From the human T2T-CHM13v2.0 reference genome, Homo sapiens, in NCBI RefSeq assembly GCF_009914755.1, contig NC_060935.1: DNA of 64,000 nucleotides; one strand, 5' to 3'. Positions 1-13,889 of this stretch are shown here, piece by piece (within the stretch, counting starts at the first letter, position 1; each line of letters opens with the position of its first letter). The notes below the pieces were generated by a model, which saw only the letters and a list, made by a program, of their open reading frames with translations, had not been told where the DNA came from and did no database searches. The position numbers were made by a program, and so were the translations under genes.

Positions 1-1609
1 CTGTTGCTGACGGTTATTTCGGAAGTCAGGGAATAAAACTAACATTCCTTTCAAGAAAGGTGCCACACATATCAGGAAGTGACACAAGCATAAGCAAAGC
101 CACCAATCTCTGGCGATAGACATGGTAGGAAACCACAGCAAAGACTCTTACTCTCTTTGGAACCACCAAATTGAGCTTAATACTTCACTTGGCTTATGTA
201 ATTGTGAATAAGGAAACTAGCAGTATCTAATGGTTACAGATATGGAAGAAAAGTCAGGTGACACATTTTACAATTTATCAAAAGACACTAACAGATCTTG
301 CTACTTCTTACTTTGTAGTGTACTTTTGTAATACACTTGAATACTGCACTATGCTAGTATGTAAAATATCTATCAGGGGCCTGAAGGAAAGATGTTTGGT
401 AACTTTTAAATCCATGATAGGAATTTGATGTATTGAAATCATGTTAAAAAAGATTTCCCAACTGATTTTAACTCTCTCAAGATATAAATGCACTTAAGAG
501 GTAACTTCTGGGTTCAGTAAAGACCACAGATCCAAGGAGAGGCTATTTAAATCACATCAACTAAGAAAAAAAAAGAGTAAGAACTGAAACTTCGGCTTGA
601 CTGGTACTGTAAGAAGCACTGGGATTGAGTTAAACTTGAGGGAGTTTAGAGATGGATAAAAAGGAACTATGGAGACCTTCCAATTATCACCCACAATAAA
701 GCAAAAGAGGTTACACTTTCCACACTCTAAATTAGCCAAAGCATGGAATTAAGACTGTGCGTGTCCCAGTCCTAAATAAACCCACTTAAAAACCTACTCT
801 AGAGCTGAGATTACAATAATGCTCAGAAAAACGAAGCCTCAATTCCCATTTCAGACAGCTCTCAAACCCAACAAGAACCTCAATTTGGCTTTCTTGGAGA
901 ACCATGTCCTATTCAACACAAAAATCTTGCTTCCCTTTCTTCTTCCTTTATTTTACTCATCCTAGAAATTTGTAGTAACTTAAGCTTAATAGTTTCTAAA
1001 AATTAAGGTCTGGGGCAGGGGCAGAAATGTGCTTAAAATTATTAAAAACTATTCTATTCACAATTAGAGATTGTAATTTTCCTGACTGTTGGAAATCTCC
1101 CCGGTAAATTGACATGATGCTGTTGTCTCCCCCTGGAGGAAGAGTTGTGAGAGAATACTGTATCCTGAAAGAAGCTGTAGGGATAGAGGTCAGGAGGAGT
1201 CAGGAAAACCTGGACTGAAGAACTAAAGCATAGGTAACAACTTGATCGGTGGTCAACCCAGAGGAGTTCATGGTATTTGATTTGGAAGCAATGGCAAGAG
1301 AATGCTTACTAAATCCACCATGCCAAGTGCTTCATGACTATGAAGGGAAAAGAGCCAGAGAAAAGACTTCAAAGATGTCCCATTACCAAAGCAGGGAGAA
1401 AAATAAGATGGCTGACAACTGACAATTTATAGGACAGAGTGAAAGTTTTGCCAAAGTTTAAGATTAGAGTAAAAGGAAATGAGAGAATAAAAAGATGACA
1501 TTCATTGTGGATGAATGTATGGGGAGTCTATGGGGGAGGGGGAAGGTAAACAAAGGCAGGAGTTTTAGATTGGCAGGATTGGGGGTTTAACGGCAGCAAT
1601 GTAGAGAAA

Positions 1610-1885
1610 GACCCAGGGTTACAGTACACGTAACATTAAATACAGTGCACAATGCAGCTATCTTGCCAAAGTAAGTAAATCCAGTATTGGGTTGTATAAG
1701 CAGAGGAATCACATGTAAGCTATGAAGGTGGCTCTTCCTCTCTATTCAGCACCGGTGAGGCCACAGCTGGAGCACAGCATTCAGTTCTGGGCATCGAACC
1801 AGCTACAAGAGAGGGAAATTGTAGAGTTCAGAAAAGGGCAAATAAAATATTGAAAGGCTTGGAAAATAAGATCTATAAGCAGGGA
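1610..1885 (+). mobile_element. CR1/L3 LINE ORF2 3' fragment
   Basis: Typical CR1 string GGTGAGGCCACAGCTGGAG..CAGTTCTGGGC and GTTCAGAAAAGGGCAA..AAAGGCTTGGAAAA. Confidence 0.7.
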
Positions 1886-3469
1886 CAGTGGTTTCATCAA
1901 AGCCCTTCCTGACATTACCTAAGCTACTTTTGGGGTGAAATTAAGGTTTATTTTGCTTTAGTGTCCTCCAATCCTTTGACTTTCAGGAAATGGGAAGAAT
2001 TAAATTCTTCCCTGGTAGGGCAAAGTAGAAAACAAACTAAATAAATCATAAAGGCATATGCCAACCAATTCCAGTATTGGCTTAATAATTTTCTCAAAGT
2101 TTGCCCCATTTCATACAATCATAAAATATTCACCAGGACAAAAACACTGTTCTAGCTAACTGACCATACATGGAATGGAGCACTATAACGTGGAGGAACA
2201 GAAATAAGGCATAACAGCTATATAAATGTATTGTTTAGAAAACATTGGCTTGATCAGTCTAAGATGTCAGATGAAAAATAAAGTCAATCTGCAAGGAGGA
2301 CAGCTTAGTTATAATAGCAGGAAACAATGTTACAAGAAAAAACAAGCAGTGAAACAGATTTTCAAATGTAGCTGTCAAGCTGGCCACACTGGAAATGGAT
2401 TACATAGTTATCTTAATCCACTGCCAAGTACACATGATAAATTTGAGATTCCTTTTACCCAAATGATTAAAGAGCACACTTATTCACAAACAAGGCCTTA
2501 AAAATCACATATTGTGCTCCACGAGAGATGAAGAAATTACATTGGGAGTAAATTTCCAGTGACTAATTTTCTTATAAAATTGTTAAAAATGATACCTCAG
2601 ACTAAAGCAGATTTGTATTTTGAAGCAAGATCTTTGCAAAATAGATCTTTCTTATACCTTTAAAGTTACTATTGTAACTGTTAAAACTAGTTGCTCTTAG
2701 TTAATTGAGGCAACGAAACACCATTTAATATCTTTAAGAAAAACATTAATTTCTTGAGCTATATTTTGTTACTGTGAGCATAAAAGTAGGAAAGACAATA
2801 TCTTATGTAGCATACATAAATAAAAAAACATTTCTGCACACAGTAAGAAAGATGTTAAGAATCTAGCATAAATTTCTATGTACATCTTTTGACACAGAGC
2901 TGTAACTAATGATTAGGAAATTACTTAAGGCAAAATCCATCTGGGGCCAGCAGAACTTTTGCTACCTTTTTTCTTAGGTTTTCTGTTCATTGACATCTGA
3001 CAAACTGACTTGCCAATCCCCTAAATCCTTTAAAACCAACCAAACAAAAAAGCCCCAACCAAGTAAAACCAAAAAGAAAAATGTAGCAAACTTGTTTCAC
3101 ACTTACTGCTACAGAACAAGTTTTGGCAAATACAAAATGTTTTTATTCTTCAATCTTTTGCTTTTCCTTTCCAGGGCAGAAGTTCTTAACCTTTTTGAGT
3201 CATGGATCCACTCCTCAGAAAAATGCACACATACACAACCTGTCCCATACGATTTCAAGGGGGTACCTGGACTCACTAAAGAACCCATACAAGAACGTCG
3301 TTAAAAAATTCTGCTCTGCATTATGTAGTTCTTTCCTCCATAAAATATAACATACATTAGTTTGAAACCCTAAAATAAGGTAAACTTGTATCTTAGATTT
3401 TATAGGAGATTCTAAAGATTGGAACAATTACTTTAAGTACAATTATCAGTTCACTCACTATTCTGTTCA

Positions 3470-3865
<396 letters not shown>

Positions 3866-4304
3866 GTGAAAGCATACAACGATATTACTTTACTCTTCTA
3901 AAAAATATAGCACTTCTTTCTACCTGCTGGGCAAGAAATCTTTTTTCTGAAGTAATAATTAAGTGATATTAAATGATTCGTTATGCTGATTATCTGTTCC
4001 AACTGCATCACACAGTACTTGATCACTTATTGTCTGATTAACTTATCGATATAGATGCCAGATAAACTACCTCAAGTAACAACTTAAAACAGAAAAACAC
4101 ACATCCAGAAACAAGTATAGTAAAGTAAGTCTTGACTACGTTCCTTAGTAGTCTCTATGGCTAAGCTCTCACATCTTCCAGCTTTAACACTGCCTAATGT
4201 CTAAAGGGTCTCACAGGAATAGGCAATGTCTACAATAATTCAATCCTCAACCCAATGGGATCACAGTCTAATTTATGACTCTATTAAAACTGTTCCTATT
4301 GTGA

Positions 4305-4625
<321 letters not shown>

Positions 4626-4827
4626 TAATAACTGAATGAAGCTCAAACTTTGTCCTTAACTCATTTAACTTCCCTGCAGCATTTGATACTCTTCATCACC
4701 TGCTGATATCACTGTCTTTGGCAAATGTCTCTTTATAACACTTTTTGTAATATACTGATCCACTAAAGGTGGGTGGAATTGCCTAAGGTTCTAATTACAA
4801 ACTAGGCTCCATCTTCTAAACATTATG

Positions 4828-5137
4828 GAGCCAGAATCAGTGGCTCATGCCTATAATTCCAGTACTCTGGGAGGCCAAGGCTGGAGGACGCTTCAAGGCC
4901 AGGAGTCAAGACCAGCCTGGTCAATATAGCAAGACTTTGTCTCTACTTAAAAAAAAAAAAAAAATTAGTCTGGGTGTGGTGGTGTGCACCTGCAGTCTCA
5001 GCTACTGGGGAGGCTGAGGCAGGAAGATCCCTTGGGCTTAGCAGGTAGAGGCTGCATTGAGCCATGATCACGCCACTGCACTCCAGCTTGGGCAACAGAG
5101 TGAGACCCCTGTCTCTAAAAAAAATAAAAATAGAAAA
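4828..5137 (+). mobile_element. AluJ
   Basis: Diverged dimeric Alu. Confidence 0.9.
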
Positions 5138-6000
5138 ACGTAATACAAGTTCTGAACATAAAAGAACCTCAGAGATCATCTAGTTCATCTTCCTCACTTA
5201 ACAAATGAGGAAGCAAGGCCCAAAGATAAGTATTCCTTTAAGAGGAGTTTGGCATATGAAAATTATCAAATGCCACTTAAGAAACTTTAATGTTTCCTAA
5301 GAAGTTATTTCACTAGATTGTAAGCTCCATGAGGTAAGGATTTTATCTATCTTGGTTGTCTCTATTCCCCAAGCCTAGAACAGTGCTAATCACATGAGGC
5401 TTATTCAAAATATATATTTATTCAATACATAATTAAGCTAATTTTAAAGTAGTAAATCACTAGCAAGAGGATAAAATTTTTCTTAGCAAAGAACATCAGA
5501 AAATTCATTGCTTAACTAAAATAAATTATCAAATCAATGAATCTTGATGGGCGGGGCTCCTGAAACCTTTTGAAAATAGCTGGGCAAGGCTATTTTAAAA
5601 ATATCTATCATTCTTGTTGTTATACCTTTCTTTGGGCGGGCAGGCCACGTGCCAAAGGGAGCTCTGCAGCCCTGTCCAAATTTTATTTCTTATGCCTTAC
5701 AAAGTAAACAAGCAAATGAAATAGTCAAGAATGTAAGGTAGTTCTGTCAAAGACAGGAAGGGGGAAAGACTCGATTGCTTTCTGATTTTAATCGGGTCAA
5801 ACAGAATGACCACCACAAACGAAGAGATCTTACCTCTCTGGAGCCTCAGTCTTTGTGGGGAACTGTCCAGGACTGAATCCTATCAGCTTGCACTTCATTC
5901 TGAATCTGGCTATCAATGACTCACTCACTTTGTGTTTATAACTGGTCAATACTGCCTCCATGAGAAGAGATTCTTGCCTAGAATATATATTAATAATTCA

Positions 6001-6341
<341 letters not shown>

Positions 6342-7994
6342 TCAGGAAATTTTGATTGTCAATGAATATCAAGTTCTAAGTTTTCTAGGTTCCTTCATGC
6401 TAGCAGCTGAGGGTCGTGCCCATTCAGATTACTAAGAAAAAAACCCTAAAGAAGGACAATACTAATTGTTAAAAACAAACATCTTCCATGGCTCAAGGAA
6501 CTCAATTCATGTAACCATAAAGCTTCTGACCCTATGCTATGTGTGCTTCTCATGGACACTCATACAATGATCTCAGATGAGCAGTAATACTTGTAAAGGT
6601 CACACCTAGCATGCATGTTCATGTATAAGAGCTTCTTTAGGGTACAAGAATCCTTCAAGACAAGGAATTCTCAAGTGCTTTTCTATTTACAACAATACAG
6701 GTCAAAAAAGTAGGGTATACTGAACTATTTCAGTATATAAGCAGCAATAGGTAGTAGCTACAGTCACCAAAGATAGCAGATAACACTATTTGTCTAGAAC
6801 TTCCTCCTCACCTGAAAGGGAAAAAAAAAAAATCAGTTGTTGGCAAAGAACTGACTGGGATTAGAGGCTATTTTCATTTGACCTCCTACATCACCTCTGA
6901 AGTTGCTAAGTCAGCACCTCTTTGAATCTTTTTCTCAGTTCACACCTTGGGGGACTACATCAAAGAGGTATTCAGATACACTAAAAATGATACTTTTATT
7001 AGTATGTGATATCTAAAACACATGCAAGAAAATTATCTAAAATATTTCTGGCATAGCAGGGGAGAACCAGTCTTCGTTAAAGTACTCCCAAACACCCTCC
7101 ACTACGAACTAATTATTCCATGGACAACCATGTCTAAAAATTAAACCCCCCCCGCCACCTCAAAAATCCGCACACAGCTTTACCATTACAACATCGTATT
7201 GCTTCCCAAATACGAAGGTGTTTCCATTCATGAGACCAATGTTTAAAAGGGAGACTGTGCAGAGCAGGCTTCCCCTGAAGCAGTAGGCCACTTTATTCCT
7301 TTCGTCTGTTGACCATGTGATTCTCTCAGTTCTGTAGTTATTTTCTCACTAAAAACTACCATCTATAGTGCAAAGATAACCTATAATAGAGATGTTTCCA
7401 TTAGTAGATTTTACACATTTGGTTATGAGAAAAAGAATCCTGATAGGCAGATAAAATCATACAAAAACTAAGGTTATCTGAAATCTTCCCTCAAGACCTC
7501 TGGGTACAAACATTAAATCCAGATTCATTAACTTGTGAAAATGTAAACATTCAAAAAATATATATTTTTTGCATTTACACAGTGTAAACTACAGGTCACC
7601 AATGCAAGAAAAGAATACATCTTCATATCCTGACACATATCCTTTCTAAGAAAAACCTGAAAATAAGCATGTTTTATTAAAAGCAACTATCCTGGGTGAT
7701 CTGAACTTAGTTAGGAAGTTGTTAGAAATAAATTCAGGCAATCATAACTATTTTTATAGCTCATTTGGTAGAATTTTTATATTCTATTCTTAGCTTTATA
7801 AAGACTGCTAAGAGAAATGACCATATGAAAAAATATTTCTGTACCTTCTACAAAAACCAAACATTTTCCTTACATGGCTCAACGTGCCATGTAATGAAGG
7901 TAAATCATAGCTACCATTTCCTGAGTGCCAACTGAGTGCTGAGATTTGGGCTAAGCAATTTACATGATCATTCCTACTTAATAATAATGTTAAA

Positions 7995-8400
7995 AGAGAG
8001 TGTCCCTGGAAAGAGAGTCGGAGGAGACTGTGCAGGTATGCTGGGGAAGGCTCTTGGGAACCACACATGTGAGAGACTGAGAAGCAGGGCTGGGCACAGA
8101 AAGAAGTTAAAGTAGAGTTGCAACAGCAGCCTCTGCTAATCCTACAATGAGGTATGGAACTCAGGTTGTCCTTCAGAGTTATACCGAATTGAGGCAAGGT
8201 TGGACCTTGGTATTTCAGCACTGACCAGTCATTGGATTCAGGCTGCCACCAGAGAGTGGGGGGCCCTCACCTTGGGTGAGACAGTTGCCTTGGGCAGAGT
8301 GAAATTCTGAAGAAATCAACCAGAAGCCACCAGCAGTCAGCATTCCAGACAGCTGGGGGGGGACTAGCGTCTCATTCCTGGAAGAGGGATCTGGGTAGCA
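7995..8400. mobile_element. Old ERVL-type LTR (LTR33/LTR16-like) inserted in a MIR
   Basis: LTR33-like motifs (CAGTCATTGGA..GGCTGCC). MIR halves at about 7900-7985 and 8480-8610 (CCCCTATTTTACAGA...). Confidence 0.55.
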
Positions 8401-8756
8401 TGTTATATATATATTAAGATATATGTATCTTATGTATATATTACATATATATTAAGATATATGTATCATATTTATATATGGTACACCCCTATTTTACAGA
8501 CAAGAAAATTATTAATAAGGCAGAGAAACATTAAGAGCTTATCCAAAGTCACTTTCAGTGTCTTTAATGTAAGTTCATCTTTGGTTTCAAAACTAAGACC
8601 TGGTATACTTCTCTTCAGAAGACACTGAAAATTATGGCAAGTCACTGTATTTACTTTTTTGCTACCATTGCCAGGAAGCTCATAGCTCATTTTAATATTT
8701 AGTTTAAGTAAACATATTTACCTAGGTTACTGCTATTTGCCCTGCATCATTTCTTC

Positions 8757-8932
8757 TTTTTTTTTTTTTTTTTTTTTAGTATGGGGTCTGTGTTGCCCAG
8801 GCTGGAGTGCAGTGACTATTCATAGGGGCAAGCATTATGCACAACAGCCTCAAACTCCTGGGCTCAAGTGATCCTCCTGCCTGAGCCTCCCGAGTAGCTG
8901 GGACTATAGGAGTGCACCACCACGCCAAGCTG
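8757..8932 (-). mobile_element. FAM/FRAM-type Alu monomer
   Basis: Single monomer with a 7SL-like GACTATTCATAGG segment. Confidence 0.8.
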
Positions 8933-9999
8933 GCATTCTCTGTTTTCTTATTTCCTGATTCTACTTTTAGCTTTCTCAATATGCTGATATGTTTTGTTTG
9001 GTATATCATATATTAAAAAACAGTTCATCTCATCCCCATCATCTATCTCTAAGAAGCACCCAAACCATTTACACATTAGGTAAACAATGGCAGGCATAAG
9101 GTAGTGAACATTCCATAGCCTCCTTTGATAAGCCACATCCTTACCTGCTTTTACTGTCAAAAAGTAATTCTACATTGTGTTTCTGCTCCTATAATTCAAA
9201 CTTACTTCTTTTTGGAGGAGTTGGTGATCCAATAAATGCCATCATTTATCTGAGATCTTGAATGAATGACTGAATGAATACAATTAAGTCTTTACTTATT
9301 AGGTTTCAATACTTATCTTAAATTCTTCCTCAGGACTTCCAAATCTCCTTGTGTTTCTAATCTTAGGAAACGATAAATTATCTCCAAGAATTTAAAAAAT
9401 TCTTTTCATTTCAATGACAAGAAATATCAGCATAATGCTGTCCATCTGGGTGTTACTATATGATTTTGGTATCGTATTTATGAATGTTGATAATCACGTC
9501 GTTGCCAAAAACATGACTTCAATTGTCAAAATTTAATAAAGATGGGCTGATTCAGAAAAAGGTGATATAAGCAAGTGGTTAAGAAGAGCATGGGTTCCAG
9601 AGAAACACTGCTTGGTGTCACCACCTGCAAGCTTTGTGACAAATTAATCTATCTGTGCCTTAATTTCTTCATCTATATGGTGGGGCTGGTAACAGTACCT
9701 CCATCATAGATTTGCTGTATTAAATGAGAAAACAGCATTTAAAAGTGTCTGCTCAATTGCCTGCACTCAGTAAATGTTTGCATTATTATTATAATTATTA
9801 CAAAAATGATACAGTCACACCATATGGAGACCAAGGGGCCTTATGAATTAAGGTTAGTTCAAATAAAGTAGTGCAGCAAAGTGTGGTATCACGAGGCGCA
9901 ACACGGGTAGGAATAACATGTAGGAGTAACATACTCAAAAGAACCCTTACCCTAGCAATCAGTGTCAGAGTCATGTTGAGAAAAGCAAGCTTCAGCTAA

Positions 10000-10335
<336 letters not shown>

Positions 10336-10483
10336 TAAAAGGAGTTTATACCTAGGAGTACCTATGAAAATAAACATCTTTTTGCTCATACATTATTCGA
10401 GTTTCACAAACATCTGGCTATACTGCCATAGCTTCTTTGACTTTTTTGCTCAGTTCTTCCTTTATAGATAAAAGCCAATTAGT

Positions 10484-10757
10484 GCTGGGGGTGGTGGCTC
10501 CCAGCACTTTCGGAGGCCAAAGTGGGCAGATTGCTTGAGCCCAGGAGTTAAGAGACCAGCCTGGGCAACATGGCAAAACCCCATCTCTACAAAAAAATAC
10601 AACAATTAGCTGGGCTTAGTGCTGCATGCCTGTAGGCCCAGCTACCAGGAGGCTGAGGTGCAAGGATCACCTGAGCCTGGGGAGGTTGAGGTGATCGTGC
10701 CACCGCACTCTAGCTTGGGCAACAGAGCAAGACCCTGTCTCAAAAAAAAAAAAAAAA
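10484..10757 (+). mobile_element. AluJ with internal deletions
   Basis: Alu sequence with TSD AAAGCCAATTA. Confidence 0.9.
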
Positions 10758-12400
10758 GCCAATTAATTAATCATTTTGAAAGATTTATAGCCTTGGCAAG
10801 AATATGGTGACTAACACACTGACATATAAACCAATGGGGAAAAAGGAATCCTAACTACCCATGCAGAGTGAGGAATAGGCCTCACTCGCTGGGCAACCTG
10901 TTTACAAGAAGCAGAAGACAGGCAAAACTCAGCATGAATAGAAATAAGAAATATGAATAACCCACATATGCTCTTGGAGTTAAACAAAATAAAAAGCATG
11001 TAGATCTTTCATTCCTTTTTTGGTGCATCAAAATTTACTGGAATTAAAATCAGACTTACCACTACTGTTTCTTGAAAAATAACAAAAGGTTTCATGAATA
11101 TATGGTTATGCTGCAGTGAAGAAGTTAGAATTTTTTTCCTGATTTTTCCTCTTAATTTTATAGTGTGCTTATATTACTTACATAAGGAAAAAAGTAATTA
11201 TTTGTACTGTTGTAAAATTGGCACAACTCTGACTGCTCAAGGCCCAACCAACTATTAACCATGTTTCCTAAACTGTATAACAGAGAAGGGATCTCTCCTG
11301 GTTTTCCTTAAAACTGACTCTTTAGGGCTCCACATAATGCCTGGCACAACAGCAGATGCTCATGAACTGATGGTTGATGAGTAAGAATGTAGCACTTTGC
11401 TGCTTGGTAGTACAAACCTCAATGACAACTGGATATACACAAGACAAAGGAATGATATAAAATCATGTAAATCATTCTTAATATAACAATAGCAAATGAA
11501 TTTCTTTCATAAGCATAATGAAAGAGCTCAACTTCAAGGATTTATCAATGAATATCATATTTGAGGGTCTTTTTCCCTAATTGTGTTAATTGCTTAATTA
11601 TATATTTTAAATATCACATTATTTTCTACCAAAATGTAAGCTCTTTGAAGGCAGGGTTTTGTCAGTTTTGTTCACTGAGGTATTCCCAGAGCCCAAATCA
11701 ATGCCTAACATGTTAATGGGGTGCAATACATCTTTGATGAATGAATGAATGGAAAATTCCTTAAGATGGTGTATAGGTAGTGGAGATACCAAATATTAGG
11801 TTGAAGTGCTTTTTGACCTATCCTATTCTTTCTAAATTATAAACCAGCTATTTCCCTTTAGAGAAAAGTATTTGCAACTTAAAAAAATAATAAAAGCAGT
11901 TTTGGGTAGATATGAACTTTTATTCTGGTTTTATTAATATCAATTACAAACATAATTGGTTTATTTGAATCAAGTAATCTGAAGATAGTAGAGAGACAGT
12001 ACTGTAAATTTCAAAGGCTATTACAACAAAGTAGTCTTACATAGGCTGAGAAAATGCAACTAGAAAGCATATCTAAGTAAACAACTTCTACTATTGTTAT
12101 TTATATTGAATGAAGTAATATTTGATAGCCCAAAATATATAATTTATGAATACAGCCAAGAACACACACATAAAATAAAATGATGGCTGTTGTTTCTAAA
12201 ATACCTGAGAATAAACACAGGTTTCTATTTTACTAGCGTAACAACACATCCTACTAAGTGAAAAGGTAACACTCACTTGATTAGTGCCAAGAAAAAAAAA
12301 AAGTATTTCCATTGGCTTTCAAGGACCTTTCCCAACTAAAGATGGTTGAGAATCATACAGATTTAAATACATGCCTTTTTCCACAGCAGACATCTTTCAA

Positions 12401-12604
12401 TTATTTAGAACAATCGGAGGGGAGGGGAACTCTGCATTGATTAGGAACTCCAGATAATTTGTAACATATGCGTAAGAGGCACAGATCCACTAAGCATTCA
12501 TTTTCAACACTGAATGAAGCTTCTGCAATGGTAAATATTAATAGCACACAGAACACAGTGGAGGAACCCCACATCAGAAACAGAATTAAATAATATCCAA
12601 TCAT
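12401..12604 (-). other. 67-codon hydrophobic, Cys-rich ORF in intron 1 (resembles the old IGYY565/UNQ565 cDNA prediction); coding status doubtful
   Basis: ATG-initiated MIGYYLILFLMWGSSTVFCVLLIFTIAEA..., with a signal-peptide-like N-terminus, in non-repeat DNA on the MSANTD2 strand. The name is from memory. Confidence 0.3.
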
Positions 12605-13889
12605 AACTGCAATCCTAACAGTTAATTGTTTTAAAGAGTTCTTTAGAGTACTAGTCTGTTGTTTTTGAAACTCAGAAAGTTTTTCCTTCTATTTTATTTC
12701 GTTTGTTTTAACATTACACAGATACAATTTTCCATAGAAAACAACTGCTGGTTCTACGTTAACGTAACACTAGGAGCACAAATCTAGGTATCTAGCTACA
12801 TGACACTTAACATTTGAAATACTGGATCTGAATTTTAGTTCTTACTCTCTGGTAATATTGTGAAAAAGTCGGGGGGGAAAGCAGGATAATCACTTCTGAA
12901 GACTGGGAAGCAGAACTGAAGAGTCTGCAGAGAGTATATGGTAGAGGAAATACAGACAGGACTGTCTTCATTTGGTATTTCAGTTGGTTTTCCTTGGGTT
13001 CTTAGAAATCAAGCCTGAAAACTTCAGCTATGAAATACTGTTATGGTCTTTGACTGCAGTCAAGAACCCTCTGTGTAAGCTGGTAGAGAAGTAGATAGTG
13101 AGTTGTCTCACAGGTTAGGATCTAACAAATTCTGGAAATTAAAATTCCCAGATTCTTCGAAACAGGTCCTCGGTTTTGATGTATATGAAATTTATTCTTG
13201 TGTCTCCATCTTCGTTACCACTGCTTTATTTCACTTTCCATCTAGCTTACTGCAAGAAGCCTCTAAATAATCTTTGTGCTTCCAGTCTTACTCTTTTGAT
13301 TCTCCATATTACAGCCAGGGACTGTTTTAAAATTTAAGACTAACCATGTCATTGCCTGGCTTAAAATCCTTTGATGATTAGAATAAAGTCCAAACGCCTT
13401 AGCGTATCACCTGACCTCTTGTTTAAGTCTCCAGTCTCATTTCTTACTACTTCCCACTCCCCTGCTTCACCCTTTATCTCAAAGCTTAGGCTCAAGCTAT
13501 CTAAAACTATGTAATATAATTTCACCAGAATATCTGGGACAGATGTTGCAAATTAATGTTTCTGGAGTTTCAATAGGTTCAGTCTAAAAGAACACAATGA
13601 ATGAAAAAATCTTGATCTCACTGTATTATCTTCTAGTCCTCTTTTATTTAACTGTAGGTTATGGCCCATTAGTGGGTTGTACAATTAATTTTAGCAAGTT
13701 GTGACCACCTTTCTAAACACAAGTAGGAGATGAAGAGATAACGTGTAAGGGACCAAGAAGTGAACTATTCTGGTGAAGAGGACCCAGGGACAGTGAAAGG
13801 GAGCTAGGGACAAAAGGTGAATGGGAGCTGGTTTCAGGTTGGAAGAATGGGTGCATGTGAGGGACATTTGGAGAATGCCATCATTGACC

